A stretch of 57,285 nt of DNA from NCBI GenBank assembly GCA_041695225.1, contig JBGFRI010000050.1, forward strand, positions 1-57,285. The letters run 5' to 3'. Shown here in pieces: positions 26,629 to 36,350 of this stretch (within the stretch, counting starts at the first letter, position 1; each line of letters opens with the position of its first letter). The DNA is from Deinococcota bacterium (GTDB taxonomy: Bacteria > Deinococcota > Deinococci > Deinococcales > Thermaceae). The notes below the pieces were generated by a model that saw nothing but the letters and a program-made list of their open reading frames with translations, had not been told where the DNA came from and made no database searches. Position numbers and translations under genes: made by a program.

Positions 26629-29115
26629 CTACCCCATAGCCCAGGCCCGGCGGATTCTTTCAAAGCGCGCCCGCACCAGCGGCAAGCGGGGGTCGGCTCT
26701 GTGCAGCGCGCCTAGCGCAGCTTCCCACAGTTGCAGGTCTTCACCCAGGCGTTCGGCCAGCTCCAGCAGCGCCTCGGCGTCGCCGGAGGTGAGCACAGCC
26801 TGGCGAAGGTGTTCTTCCAGCATCTCGCGTGCTTCGACAATGCCCGGCCGGTCGGAGCCTGGCAGCAGCGGCCCCCGGTATAAAGAAACCGCCTGGCGCA
26901 CCCGCCCCTCTCGCAAGTGTTGCTCCAGCTCCACAAAGTCGGCCCAAACGGCCAGCCCAAGCCGGTACGGCCACGAGGCAATGGGTACCTTGCGTCGCAG
27001 CTTCGAGATAGTCGATTTAAGATTGCTTACCGAGCCCTCTTCGTCATACATCCGGAGCAACAGTTGTTCGCCGCTAAGCCCCTCGGGGTGCAGAACAAGC
27101 ATGGCCAGAAGCTCGCAGAAGCTCTGCCGCAGCGACAGCGGTTTGCCTTGCAGGTGAGCCTCGCTGCCGCCCAAAAAGCGCAGCTCTAAGGGGGGGTGGT
27201 GGGGGCTGAGCAAGCTAAACACGCTGGCAAAGGCATCTCTTGGACCGGCAGAAAGGTGGAGCCCAACTTCGCCCAGTTCATTTAAGCCCGTGCTTGCACC
27301 ATCAAGCGTGGCCCTGGCTTCTTCCGCACTGCCCAGCAGCAACTGGGCGCGGGCCAGATAAAGCCCGGCCTGGGCCAGCAGATCGGCGTCGAGGGGGTTT
27401 TGAAAGGCCCGGTAGGCTGCTTGCAGCGGCGGTAGGGCTTGCGCTGGGTCCACCAGCGACAGCGCCATGCCGTGGGCCAGCAGCGCCCGGTGGGCGTTGT
27501 ACGAGGTCTGGCCTTTGGTCAGGGTGTAGGCCCGCTCGGCCACCTTTTGGGCCTGGCTGGTCTGGCCCACCTCCAGCAACGCGCGCACCAGGTTGCTGGC
27601 CTCCAACCCGACCATATCGCGCCTGGCCTCTTCCCAGTTCTGAAGGTAATAGTTCAGGGCTTTCTCGGGCTGGCCAGTGGCAAGGTAAAAGTCGCCCAGG
27701 GTAGACCGAAATACCCGCACCAGATCGCGGTTGACGTCGGATAGGTGGGCCTCGCCTTCCTTCAAGAGATCTTCCAGGCCTGCCGTATCGCCCAGCAGAA
27801 TGCGGGCATAGGCCCAGTTGTTAACGATGTGAAGCCGCCGCGTGGCGTCGGCCAGCCCGGCCCGATCGAACTGTTCCAGCGCCCACCCGGCCCAGTGGGC
27901 GGCCTCGCGGTAGCGCCCCAGCGCCATCAAAGAGCCTGCCAGGGCACCGGCGTTGCGGGCGATCTCATAGGTACGGCCCGCTTGCTCGGCCAGCGCGACC
28001 GATTCCTGCAAGATCGCTACGCTGCTATCGGGATCGGTCGCCCATAGCTGGCGGCCGTAGGCGAAGAGCGTCAACGGAGTCTTTGCCACCGAGAACGCGC
28101 GTTCGGCCTCGCTCAAGGTCGTTTCCGGCGGGGCCAGCACCAGGGCGTACAGTGCGCGCAGCTCGGGGGCCTCGTGTTCCTTAAGGTAAGCTTCAACCGG
28201 CTGGCGCATCTGTTCATCCAGGCCCAGGCGCGACGCAGCGGACAGTTGCCAGTACAGCACGACTTCGCTGGCGGCGACCTCCGGCGGCAGCCGGGTCAGA
28301 AGCTGCCACAGGCGCCCAGACATTCCGCGTTCGCGGTAGGCCGGCCCAGCGCTACCAAGCAGCTGGGGGGCCCGCTCTGGCAGCAGCTCCACCGCCAGTT
28401 CCAGGGCCTGCTGCCAGCGCCCCCGCTGGGCCAGGTGTTTCAGCAGCGTTTCGGGCTCTACCGCTGCCTGGTGCCCTGGCGGCAGCCGGGGGCCTTCGGG
28501 GCCTGGGCGCAAGGGGATAGGCAGCGAGAGGCGCTGGTGCAGGGCGACCATAAAGGGTTCGTAAGCGCCCTCGGCAGCTTGCCACTGGGCTATTACCTCC
28601 TCGTGCGCAAGCCGCCCCTCAGACTGCGCCAGCGCCTCGGCCTGGCTCAAGCGCAGCTGGTCGGGGCCCAGGCGCAGCGCCTCGGGCGGCAAGGGGAAAT
28701 CTTCGGGCAGCGCGCAAAAGTGCAGCACCACCAGGCTGCCGTGCTTGTTCAGTTCAAGCAGATCCTGAGCAAAGTCGGGGCCGTGCTCGGCATGGGAGAT
28801 CACCAGGGTTAAGGGGCTAAGCAGTTCCAGGTGCCGGCGCAGAATGCCCAGGCCGTACCGGTAGGGCATGGCGTAGCCAAAGAGCGGGCTGCCAAGGGCC
28901 CTCTGGACCGCCTCGGCCAGCTTGTTGCCCTGGGCTACCGGGTCGTCTTGGTCGGAGGGGGAGAGTTCAACCCAGACCAGGGGCTGCGGTAGCTTGCCCA
29001 GCGCGTCTATGAGGTGTGGTACGCCCCAGCGGGGGTCTGCTTCCAGAACGGCAGGACCGTCATGGCCCCGCACCCTGCTGCGCAGGGCCTCGAGCCAGGG
29101 TGACGGGGCCGTCAT
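26629..29115 (-). CDS. Large transcriptional regulator (MalT-like N-terminus, TPR-like middle, C-terminal wHTH/BTAD-like domain)
   Basis: LVWVELSPSDQDDP, helical repeats, LELRFLG..ELLAMLVLHPEG..LKSTISKLRR..LYRGPLLP. Confidence 0.75.
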   Translation of the reverse strand: MTAPSPWLEALRSRVRGHDGPAVLEADPRWGVPHLIDALGKLPQPLVWVELSPSDQDDPVAQGNKLAEAVQRALGSPLFGYAMPYRYGLGILRRHLELLSPLTLVISHAEHGPDFAQDLLELNKHGSLVVLHFCALPEDFPLPPEALRLGPDQLRLSQAEALAQSEGRLAHEEVIAQWQAAEGAYEPFMVALHQRLSLPIPLRPGPEGPRLPPGHQAAVEPETLLKHLAQRGRWQQALELAVELLPERAPQLLGSAGPAYRERGMSGRLWQLLTRLPPEVAASEVVLYWQLSAASRLGLDEQMRQPVEAYLKEHEAPELRALYALVLAPPETTLSEAERAFSVAKTPLTLFAYGRQLWATDPDSSVAILQESVALAEQAGRTYEIARNAGALAGSLMALGRYREAAHWAGWALEQFDRAGLADATRRLHIVNNWAYARILLGDTAGLEDLLKEGEAHLSDVNRDLVRVFRSTLGDFYLATGQPEKALNYYLQNWEEARRDMVGLEASNLVRALLEVGQTSQAQKVAERAYTLTKGQTSYNAHRALLAHGMALSLVDPAQALPPLQAAYRAFQNPLDADLLAQAGLYLARAQLLLGSAEEARATLDGASTGLNELGEVGLHLSAGPRDAFASVFSLLSPHHPPLELRFLGGSEAHLQGKPLSLRQSFCELLAMLVLHPEGLSGEQLLLRMYDEEGSVSNLKSTISKLRRKVPIASWPYRLGLAVWADFVELEQHLREGRVRQAVSLYRGPLLPGSDRPGIVEAREMLEEHLRQAVLTSGDAEALLELAERLGEDLQLWEAALGALHRADPRLPLVRARFERIRRAWAMG

Positions 29116-29464
29116 GCAAGGTAGTATACATATCGCCGAAAGTGCCGACGGGTCGGGTTGGAAGGTATCCTCGAGGCCATGTTAAGGGCCACATTAGGTA
29201 ACCTGGGTGCTATTCTGAGGCAGAAAATCACTCTCAAAGATGCTGCCAGCGCTTTCATGCCAAGCCATGACGTGGCAGCGCTCTTACCTTTTTGACCGGT
29301 GTATCTTTGGCTGATGTGTATTGAAGTCTTAGTGTGACTCTTGCCATAATCCACAAAATTCCGGCCCCGACAGGGATGAAAAGCTTTAGTTGAGTGTCAT
29401 TCAGCGCTGGTTTCTGCAAACGCGTGGTCTCTGAGCCTCATACGTGGTGGACGGGTACAGACTC

Positions 29465-29493
29465 TTGACTCAGATACCCCCCGGTAGTATACT
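29465..29493 (+). promoter_or_regulatory. Sigma70-type promoter overlapped by a CsoR/CstR-like operator
   Basis: TTGACT-17 nt-TATACT, with ATAC-CCCCCGGTA-GTAT spanning spacer and -10. Confidence 0.65.
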
Positions 29494-29875
29494 CAAAAGT
29501 AATAACACCGAAGGCAGTTTTTTATGTCGCATAACGAGCCCGCAATTTTACTGGTCTTTGCGTTGCTACCCGCGGTTGTGGCACGGGCACTGTACTTGAT
29601 TTTTTGGTATGTTGATGCACGACCAACCACTAGCCCAGTCGCTTTGTCGCATCCAGATGGTTCGTTTCTGGAGCGAGGCTCGCCGTAGCTGTGATCAGAT
29701 CAGAAAGGGTGCAGGCTATTGTTAGTACATGAGAACTTACAGGCACCCCCGGTACAGTCTTGTTTGCATGTTAAGTGTGGATATGTGCCAGATAGGGCAT
29801 GTTTGGTCGCCGAATCCGTGCACAGTCTCTAAGCGGACTGCGCCATATTCTTTGCAGTAGTTGGACGGAGGGCTT

Positions 29876-30334
29876 GTGGATAGAAGACAGTTTCTAAGGG
29901 TGTCGACAGGGGCGGTCGCAGGAACCGTGCTGGCCTCTCAGCTTACTTCGGTGCTTGGCCAGGGGGGCCTGGAGGGCGAGGATATAGCTAACCTCAACAA
30001 GGGCCTTCAGCAAACCATTGGCAGAAGTATCACAGATTTAACCGCGGCCAAAGAGGTAAGGCTTGTGGTCCCCTCTACCGCCGAGTCGGGAGCCAATGTG
30101 CCGCTGGAGATCGAGGTGGGCCTACCTGCCGAGCAGGTTAAGGCAATTCACTGTTTTTCAGATCAGAACCCCAGCCCTCACCTTTTCAGCATAATCCCGA
30201 GTGGGGTGCTACCCTTTTATGCTACCAGGGTGCGCCTTGCTGCAACGTCGCCGGTGCGGGCGGTGGTCGAGACCGCAGATGGCAGGTATTTGCTGGCCTC
30301 GCAGTCGGTGCGGGTCGCGGTAGGCGGTTGTTAA
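29876..30334 (+). CDS. soxY: Sulfur carrier protein SoxY
   Basis: Tat signal DRRQFL, AESGANVP, TRVRLA..SPVRAVVET, ends VAVGGC. Confidence 0.9.
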   Translation: MDRRQFLRVSTGAVAGTVLASQLTSVLGQGGLEGEDIANLNKGLQQTIGRSITDLTAAKEVRLVVPSTAESGANVPLEIEVGLPAEQVKAIHCFSDQNPSPHLFSIIPSGVLPFYATRVRLAATSPVRAVVETADGRYLLASQSVRVAVGGC

Positions 30335-30355
30335 GGTTGTGAAGGAGGTTTACAG

Positions 30356-30682
30356 ATGGCAATCAACATTCTGATTCGCTTTAACCCGGCCAGACCCAGG
30401 GCTGGCGAGGAAGTTCGAATAAACGTACTGGCACAGCATCCCATGGAACCGGGCACCCGCCGCGATGCTGCAGGCAACCTGGTCCCAGCAAACCATATTT
30501 CTGAGGTTAATCTACAGATGGATGGTCGGTTGATCGCTCAGGTAAAACCTGGCCCGGGCACCAGCGCCAACCCACTGTTTGCCTTTAAGATGAAGGCCAC
30601 CAGGGCCGGTCAGGTGAGGGTAACGGTCAGGGATCTGAACGGCCAGACCGGAGAGAGGACGGCCGATCTGGCCCTGGTTTAG
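30356..30682 (+). CDS. soxZ: Sulfur carrier protein SoxZ
   Basis: QHPMEPGTRRD..G.LVPANHI, GTSANPLFAF. Confidence 0.92.
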   Translation: MAINILIRFNPARPRAGEEVRINVLAQHPMEPGTRRDAAGNLVPANHISEVNLQMDGRLIAQVKPGPGTSANPLFAFKMKATRAGQVRVTVRDLNGQTGERTADLALV

Positions 30683-30774
30683 CCGGGGTGCTTCGGCACA
30701 CGGGCGGCAGGGGTGGCGTGTTAGGCGTTGGTTGAGGCGAAGTCTCTAGACACAGAGACCCTAGTGGAGGCCTG

Positions 30775-31635
30775 ATGAAGATTAAGTTGTTGATCCTGGC
30801 AGCTTTCACGGGGGGTTTGTTGGCCCAGGCCCAGTCGCTGGAGACGAATTTGCGCGGGGTGAGCATGGCTGATGCCCGGGCTTTAGCCGAGGCGGCTGTG
30901 AATGCTCAGGGCCTTAGAGTGGCCCGCACCCTGAACCTGGGCCATCAGGTCAGGAACTTCCGCCCCGACTTTCCCGACTACCTGCTGCTGGTCTTGGAGC
31001 CCGAAGCTGGGGTGCTGGCTGCGGTGCGGGAAAACCTGGTGAGCGCCGTAATCCTACCCCCCACCATCTACATACATGCAGCCCGGCCTGGGGTGGTTAC
31101 GGTGGGTACTTTCGACCCCGATCTGATGTTTCGAATCCTGGGGGTCACAAACTCCAGTACCCGTCTGCTGGGAGCAAGGCTCAAGGCCGTGATTGCTAGC
31201 ATAGGTCTACCCCGTCGGGTTAGTCCGGCTGAAATGCCTGAACAGAGCTCCGGCATTATGCCAGCCCTGCTCTACAGACTGGACGGGGTTAGCGCGGATG
31301 AGGCCACCCTGCTGATCGAAAATGAGCTAGCTAGCCAGGGCATCAACGTGCTGCCCTCGATACAGATGGGTGGGACAACCATCATCCATCCCTGCAAAAG
31401 TGAGTGGGCCTACGAGATGTTTATGGTCCAGCCCGCAGGTGGCTTTGCAGCTCCTTGTCGCATCTTTGTGGCTCCAACAACCGATGGAGTGCTGGTGGGC
31501 GTGGTTGAGCCAATGCTAATGAGTATCATGCCCGGGGTGTCGCAAAACCAGAGGGCCCTGGGGATGCTGCTACAAGCCCGGGGGGTGATGAGCCAGATTA
31601 TCGAGTCGCTGGGTGGAGTGCCCTGGCGACCATAG
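30775..31635 (+). CDS. Exported DUF302-like tandem domain protein
   Basis: Signal peptide; two similar halves with ILPPTIYI / FAAPCRIFV and GVVTVGTFDP / GVLVGVVEP. Confidence 0.6.
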   Translation: MKIKLLILAAFTGGLLAQAQSLETNLRGVSMADARALAEAAVNAQGLRVARTLNLGHQVRNFRPDFPDYLLLVLEPEAGVLAAVRENLVSAVILPPTIYIHAARPGVVTVGTFDPDLMFRILGVTNSSTRLLGARLKAVIASIGLPRRVSPAEMPEQSSGIMPALLYRLDGVSADEATLLIENELASQGINVLPSIQMGGTTIIHPCKSEWAYEMFMVQPAGGFAAPCRIFVAPTTDGVLVGVVEPMLMSIMPGVSQNQRALGMLLQARGVMSQIIESLGGVPWRP

Positions 31636-31751
31636 AAAGTTAGCGCTTAAGGTTGTTCGGATGAGCTCTGATAAGCTACAGCAAAACCAAGCCATGCAGA
31701 TGAGACTGCTTTGCGCGCTCGAGGCTTTGGTTTTTTGTAGGGGAGGTTAGT

Positions 31752-33032
31752 GTGAAAAAGGTGTCACGACGCAGGTTTCTCCAGGCCAGTGCAGCCATTG
31801 GTGCTGCCGTTGGTACCAGTGGCTTCGCCCAAACTTTCTTCTCTCGCCCGGCCAGACTCCTGGGGCCGGCCAGGGGTAACCGGGTAGTGATTATCGGTGG
31901 AGGCTGGGGCGGCGTTACGGCGGCCCGCCACCTGCGCCGCGCTAATCCCGATATCGAGGTCGTGCTGATCGAGAAAAACCCCAGTTTTATCTCCTGTCCC
32001 ATCAGCAACCTGTATCTGGGCGGACTAAAGGATCTCGAGTTCATCTCCTTCGACTACACCCAGGTGGTCAGGGCGGGTGTCAGTTTTGTCAACGAACGGG
32101 CCCTCGAGATCAGCCGGGCCGGCCGCTATGTCCGTACCACCGGGGGCCTGGTCTTCTACAACTACCTGGTGGTCTCGCCGGGTATCGACTATATGTACGA
32201 GGCCATTGAGGGTTACAGTGAGGTACGCCAGTTCCTGCCGGTGGCCTTCAAGCCCTTTGAGCAGCTGCCGCTCAGACGCCAGATCGAGCAGTTCGAGGGC
32301 GGCGACCTGGTCATCTCAATCCCCAGGCCCCCCTTCCGCTGCCCACCCGGCCCTTACGAGCGGGCCGCGCTGCTGGCCAACTACCTCAAGACCAATGAGA
32401 TCAAGGGCAAGGTGATTGTGCTGGATGCGAATCCCGGCCCCTTAGGCAAGGCTCCAGGGTTTCTGGCTGCCTTCAACGACTTGTATAAGGATCACCTGGA
32501 GTACATCCCGCAGGCCGAGGTCACCGCCATTGACTATGCCAGGAAAACCGTCAAAACCGGCCTGGGGGAGTTCAAGTTCGATCTGGCTAACATCATCCCA
32601 CCCATGAAGGCTGGGGAAATTGTACGCGCCTCCGGCCTGGGCGACCGCTGGGCCAACATACAGCTTCCTTCGTTCCTTTCCGAGCGCGACGACCGGATAT
32701 ATCTTCTGGGCGACATAGTGGGAAATGCACCCTACCCCAAGAGCGGGCAGGTGGCCTACAACGGTGGCAAGATTGTAGCCGCCCACATCGCCCAGCGCAT
32801 TGCGGGCCGGCGCCTGGCCGAGATTCCCACCCCGTTGCCAGAGAACATCTGCTACAGCTTTGTGAATTCAGAGGAAGCGATCTGGGTTGCGCATAAGCAT
32901 AACTGGGACACCGCAGCCAGGCAGGTGCGCCAGCAGGTTACCGTTGACAACCAGCGCTCCAGGCAGAATGGCGGTCTGACTATTGAGTGGGCCAGGGGTC
33001 TGTGGAGCAGTATGTTTGGGCCAGACGTCTGA
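31752..33032 (+). CDS. Flavocytochrome c sulfide dehydrogenase flavoprotein (FccB/SoxF-like)
   Basis: Tat signal SRRRFL, GGGWGG, SCPISN, FRCPPGPYERA, PKSGQVA, NICYS. Confidence 0.9.
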   Translation: MKKVSRRRFLQASAAIGAAVGTSGFAQTFFSRPARLLGPARGNRVVIIGGGWGGVTAARHLRRANPDIEVVLIEKNPSFISCPISNLYLGGLKDLEFISFDYTQVVRAGVSFVNERALEISRAGRYVRTTGGLVFYNYLVVSPGIDYMYEAIEGYSEVRQFLPVAFKPFEQLPLRRQIEQFEGGDLVISIPRPPFRCPPGPYERAALLANYLKTNEIKGKVIVLDANPGPLGKAPGFLAAFNDLYKDHLEYIPQAEVTAIDYARKTVKTGLGEFKFDLANIIPPMKAGEIVRASGLGDRWANIQLPSFLSERDDRIYLLGDIVGNAPYPKSGQVAYNGGKIVAAHIAQRIAGRRLAEIPTPLPENICYSFVNSEEAIWVAHKHNWDTAARQVRQQVTVDNQRSRQNGGLTIEWARGLWSSMFGPDV

Positions 33033-33075
33033 TCAGAAAACTTTTCCGTGAACCAGTCCCCCTGGAGGATATGCT

Positions 33076-33801
33076 ATGGATCGTCGAAACTTTCTAGACT
33101 TGCTGGCTAAAGGCACCTCGCTCGGTTTGTTACTCAAACTTTCCCCTTTGGGTATGCTCGAGTTCGTAAAGGCCCAAAGCAGCGCCACCACCTTTAGGAG
33201 AGCCCTGCTGGTCGATAGAGCGGGCAATCCGTTCAGGCTCAATACCCTCCGGCCCCACGAGCCATTTGTCTTTGCCTATCCCTTTGCGGCCACTCCAAAC
33301 ATTCTGGTCAATTTGGGGGTAGAGCTTGCGGCAGTAGATGTGAGAATGCCCGACGGTAGCTCTTACCGCTGGCCCGGCGGGGTGGGCCAGCGTAGAAGTG
33401 TGGTGGCCTACACCAGTATCTGCCCTCACGCTTTTAGCTACTCCGCCCCAAACCTGGGTGTCACGGGCTACCGGCCGCCCGAAGGCAACCGCGGCCCCCG
33501 CATAGTCTGCTGTGCTCACCTTTCGGCCTTTGACGTAAGCAGGGGTGGAGAGGTTAGGGGAGGCCCAGCACCCCACGCACTGGCTGCCGTCACGCTTGAA
33601 TACGATGCTGCCAGAGACGAGGCCTTTGCGGTGGGCTTTTTGGGCAATCCGCAGTTTGATGCCTTCTTCCGCACTCACAGTCAGGCCCTGCGCACCCTCT
33701 TCCGCACCACCGCCCGTGCGCGTGAGGAAGTTGCCCGGGCCACCGTGATCCCCTATGCCGAGCACACCAGGGTTCCCACCACCTGCCCGGTTGTGGGCTA
33801 G
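33076..33801 (+). CDS. Tat-exported Rieske 2Fe-2S protein
   Basis: DRRNFL; ICPH and CCAH boxes; GGPAPHAL. Confidence 0.85.
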   Translation: MDRRNFLDLLAKGTSLGLLLKLSPLGMLEFVKAQSSATTFRRALLVDRAGNPFRLNTLRPHEPFVFAYPFAATPNILVNLGVELAAVDVRMPDGSSYRWPGGVGQRRSVVAYTSICPHAFSYSAPNLGVTGYRPPEGNRGPRIVCCAHLSAFDVSRGGEVRGGPAPHALAAVTLEYDAARDEAFAVGFLGNPQFDAFFRTHSQALRTLFRTTARAREEVARATVIPYAEHTRVPTTCPVVG

Positions 33802-33809
33802 TTGCGGCT

Positions 33810-33944
33810 TCAAACATAGAACTGTACTGGCTGGGCCGAGCCATGCAGCCACTTCACCGCCCAGACCACGCCGTCGCGAAGCTCGAGCCGGGCGTCCCGC
33901 AAAGTCCGGTCCGCCGGGCCGGCCAGCAGCGAACCATCGGCCCT
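33810..33944 (-). pseudogene. C-terminal fragment of a second Rieske-like gene
   Basis: RADGSLLAGPADRTLRDARLELRDGVVWAVKWL; no 5' part present. Confidence 0.55.
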
Positions 33945-34244
33945 GATTTGTCAGCAGAAATCAGGGCGAACCCGGCGGCAGCTCACCTGGGTTCACTCTA
34001 TCCACACGCGTTTCAAACCTCGAGCCCGAAGCGTTGGGGCATATGGGAACTGATCCAGGCCCTTACCCTACCAAAGTTACTTGCCCTGCACGGTTCTGGG
34101 CAAACCTAAAGGCACCAAAGGTTGAGGCATGGTGATAATGCACTACCCAGACAGATCTGCGCCTGTGCCCGTGGTGTCGGGCAAAGCGAACCAGGGCTAA
34201 CCTCGGTACTTACTGCGACCGGCCGGACCGGCGCCAGCTAGCTG

Positions 34245-34739
34245 TCAGGCCGGGGCGCGACTGGCCGGCTCGGGGGTCAGGCGTCCACCTCTTACGGTGG
34301 CGCCAATTACGATGCCAGCAGTGATCAGTACCACATTTTTGATTATGTACTGGCCCTCGAGGGTGGGAGCAATCGGCACAACGGTAAAGGCAATCTGCGG
34401 AAACAGTATGAGCGGGGTGAATGTCCCAAGCATCTGGAGCCAGAGAAGCAGCAGCGTGCCCCGCAAGAAGTACCCCGTGATTAGTCCAAGGCCAATTAGC
34501 GTTTCCCATACGGCAACCACCAGCACCGCCGTCTGGGGGGAGAGCAAGCCAAACGACAGGGTGGAGATTGTCGCCCCGACCAGGGGTTCGGCCGGGCTAA
34601 GCCCGGGGAAGAACTTGAGCAGACCAAACCATAAGAAGGTGAGGCCCAGGCTGTATCGCAGCAGCCGGATACCATTCCGGGCCATCCATACCGTCAAGGC
34701 GGAGTCTATCTGGTCGTGGTTTTTGACAACTGGCGGCAT
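34245..34739 (-). CDS. DoxX/DUF417-like membrane protein
   Basis: LLRYSLGLTFLWFGLLKFFPGLSPAE, LEGQYIIKNVV; AGAGGT RBS before 34739. Confidence 0.8.
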   Translation of the reverse strand: MPPVVKNHDQIDSALTVWMARNGIRLLRYSLGLTFLWFGLLKFFPGLSPAEPLVGATISTLSFGLLSPQTAVLVVAVWETLIGLGLITGYFLRGTLLLLWLQMLGTFTPLILFPQIAFTVVPIAPTLEGQYIIKNVVLITAGIVIGATVRGGRLTPEPASRAPA

Positions 34740-34895
34740 CTGGACACCTCTCTTTAGCTGGAACGGGAGGAAGCGGAACAAAAACCTTCTTTCCCAACCC
34801 ATGAATACTCCATCACGGGCCGCTCCCGCCAGCTACCTGCTCACCATTACACGAGTTGTTGGAATGACCCGGCATAGCTAGCCGCCAGACTGGGG

Positions 34896-35095
34896 TCACT
34901 GGGTAGGCAGCGTTAGGGTCTCGCATTCAGAGAGATTGAGTGAGCTGCCGCCTGTGTTCAAAGGCGAGAGCGGAGGCAGGTTGCGGCTCAGTTGTGCCTC
35001 TACCTCGAGCCCGCGTCTGAGGGCAGCCTCGACCAGGGCGGAAGCGGTCGTGTCTCGCCAGGCGGCGTCCTCGCGCAGGTCTTGCAAGACGCTGC
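34896..35095 (-). pseudogene. Possible degenerate ribbon-helix-helix antitoxin remnant
   Basis: LREDAAWRDTTASALVEAALRRGLE..LPPL resembles CopG/VapB-type antitoxins; no start codon or partner toxin. Confidence 0.4.
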
Positions 35096-35153
35096 CGCCT
35101 GTCTTGGGAGCCGTCTACTTTCCTACTGAACGCTGTCGCCTGCGCTCTTACCT

Positions 35154-36350
35154 TCATGCTGGGCGCACTGGTAGCCAGGTTTTGGCCCGATCCAGAAGCA
35201 GCTCGGCCAGGGCCCGCTTGCTCATGCGCGGTAGCTCCTCGGCCGCCCCATCGGGACTAACCAGGGTGACCTGGTTATAATCGCCGCCAAAGGCCGAGCC
35301 CTGGCGGGTGGGGTAGTTCAGGCAGATCAGCTCTAGCCTCTTGCGGCGAGCTTTATCGGCCGCTCTAGCCACCCCTTCATGGGTCTCCATGGCAAAGCCG
35401 ATCATCACCTGCTGCTGCTTCTCTTGCGCTAGCGTATCGAGGATATCGGGGGTACGGATAAGCCTCAGGGTCTGGGTCTCGCCCAGTTTGGGCTGCTTGT
35501 GGGCCGCGGGCTTTTCGGCCTGCCAGTCTGCTACCGCGGCAGTCATCACCAGCAGGTCTGCTTGGGCAAAGGGCTGGCGGAGCGCTACAAGCATCTCCCG
35601 GGCGCTTTCGACCCTGATTAGCGTCAGGCCGTCGGGGTCAGGCAGGGCGGTAGGCCCGCTTACCAGCGTGACCAGTGCGCCCCGGTCACGCGCCGCCTCG
35701 GCTACCGCGTAGCCCATTTTGCCGCTGCTAGGGTTGCTCAGAAAGCGCACCGGATCCAGATACTCCCGGGTGGGACCAGCCGAGACCAGCACCCGTCGCC
35801 CCGCCCAGTCCTGCGGGGCCAGCACGGCGGGCAGCCGGGCAGCCAGAACTTCGGGCTCGAGCATCCGCCCCATTCCCATACCCTCTCCTAAAGCGGCCAG
35901 GGTGCCGCGTTCGGGCCCCAGGAAGCGGTGGCCGAAGCCTTTGAGCGTTGCCACATTGCGCTGCACTGCCGGGTGTTCCCACATGGCGCTGTTCATAGCC
36001 GGCGCCCAGACCACCTGAGGCACACCGGCTAAGATCAAGGCAGAGATCACGTCATCGGCCCGGCCTGTGGCAGCGCTGCCCAGCGCATCGGCGGTGGCCG
36101 GGGCGACGAGCAGCACCTCGGCCCAGCGCGCCCACTCTATATGCAAGGCGCCCCCATCGGGTGCGAACCAGGCTTCGCGGTCAAAGACCGGCGAGCCGGC
36201 GGCAACCGCCAGCGAGAGCCTGGTCACGAACTTTAAGGCGTCATCGGTTGCAGCGGCCCGCACCTGGTGCCCGGCCTCGGACAGCCGCCGTAGCAAGGCC
36301 GGTGTTTTAATGGCCGCCACCCCACCAGACGCAGCTACGATAACTTTCAT
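35154..36350 (-). CDS. coaBC: Phosphopantothenoylcysteine decarboxylase/ligase
   Basis: SGGVAAIK, APATAD, APAMNSAMW, AGPTREYLDPVRFLSNPSSGKMG, AAVADW, GFAMET. Confidence 0.96.
   Translation of the reverse strand: MKVIVAASGGVAAIKTPALLRRLSEAGHQVRAAATDDALKFVTRLSLAVAAGSPVFDREAWFAPDGGALHIEWARWAEVLLVAPATADALGSAATGRADDVISALILAGVPQVVWAPAMNSAMWEHPAVQRNVATLKGFGHRFLGPERGTLAALGEGMGMGRMLEPEVLAARLPAVLAPQDWAGRRVLVSAGPTREYLDPVRFLSNPSSGKMGYAVAEAARDRGALVTLVSGPTALPDPDGLTLIRVESAREMLVALRQPFAQADLLVMTAAVADWQAEKPAAHKQPKLGETQTLRLIRTPDILDTLAQEKQQQVMIGFAMETHEGVARAADKARRKRLELICLNYPTRQGSAFGGDYNQVTLVSPDGAAEELPRMSKRALAELLLDRAKTWLPVRPA

Noticed and set aside
29524..29688. 54-aa hydrophobic ORF in the sox leader
   Set aside because: Weak RBS and no recognisable homology; could be chance or decayed sequence
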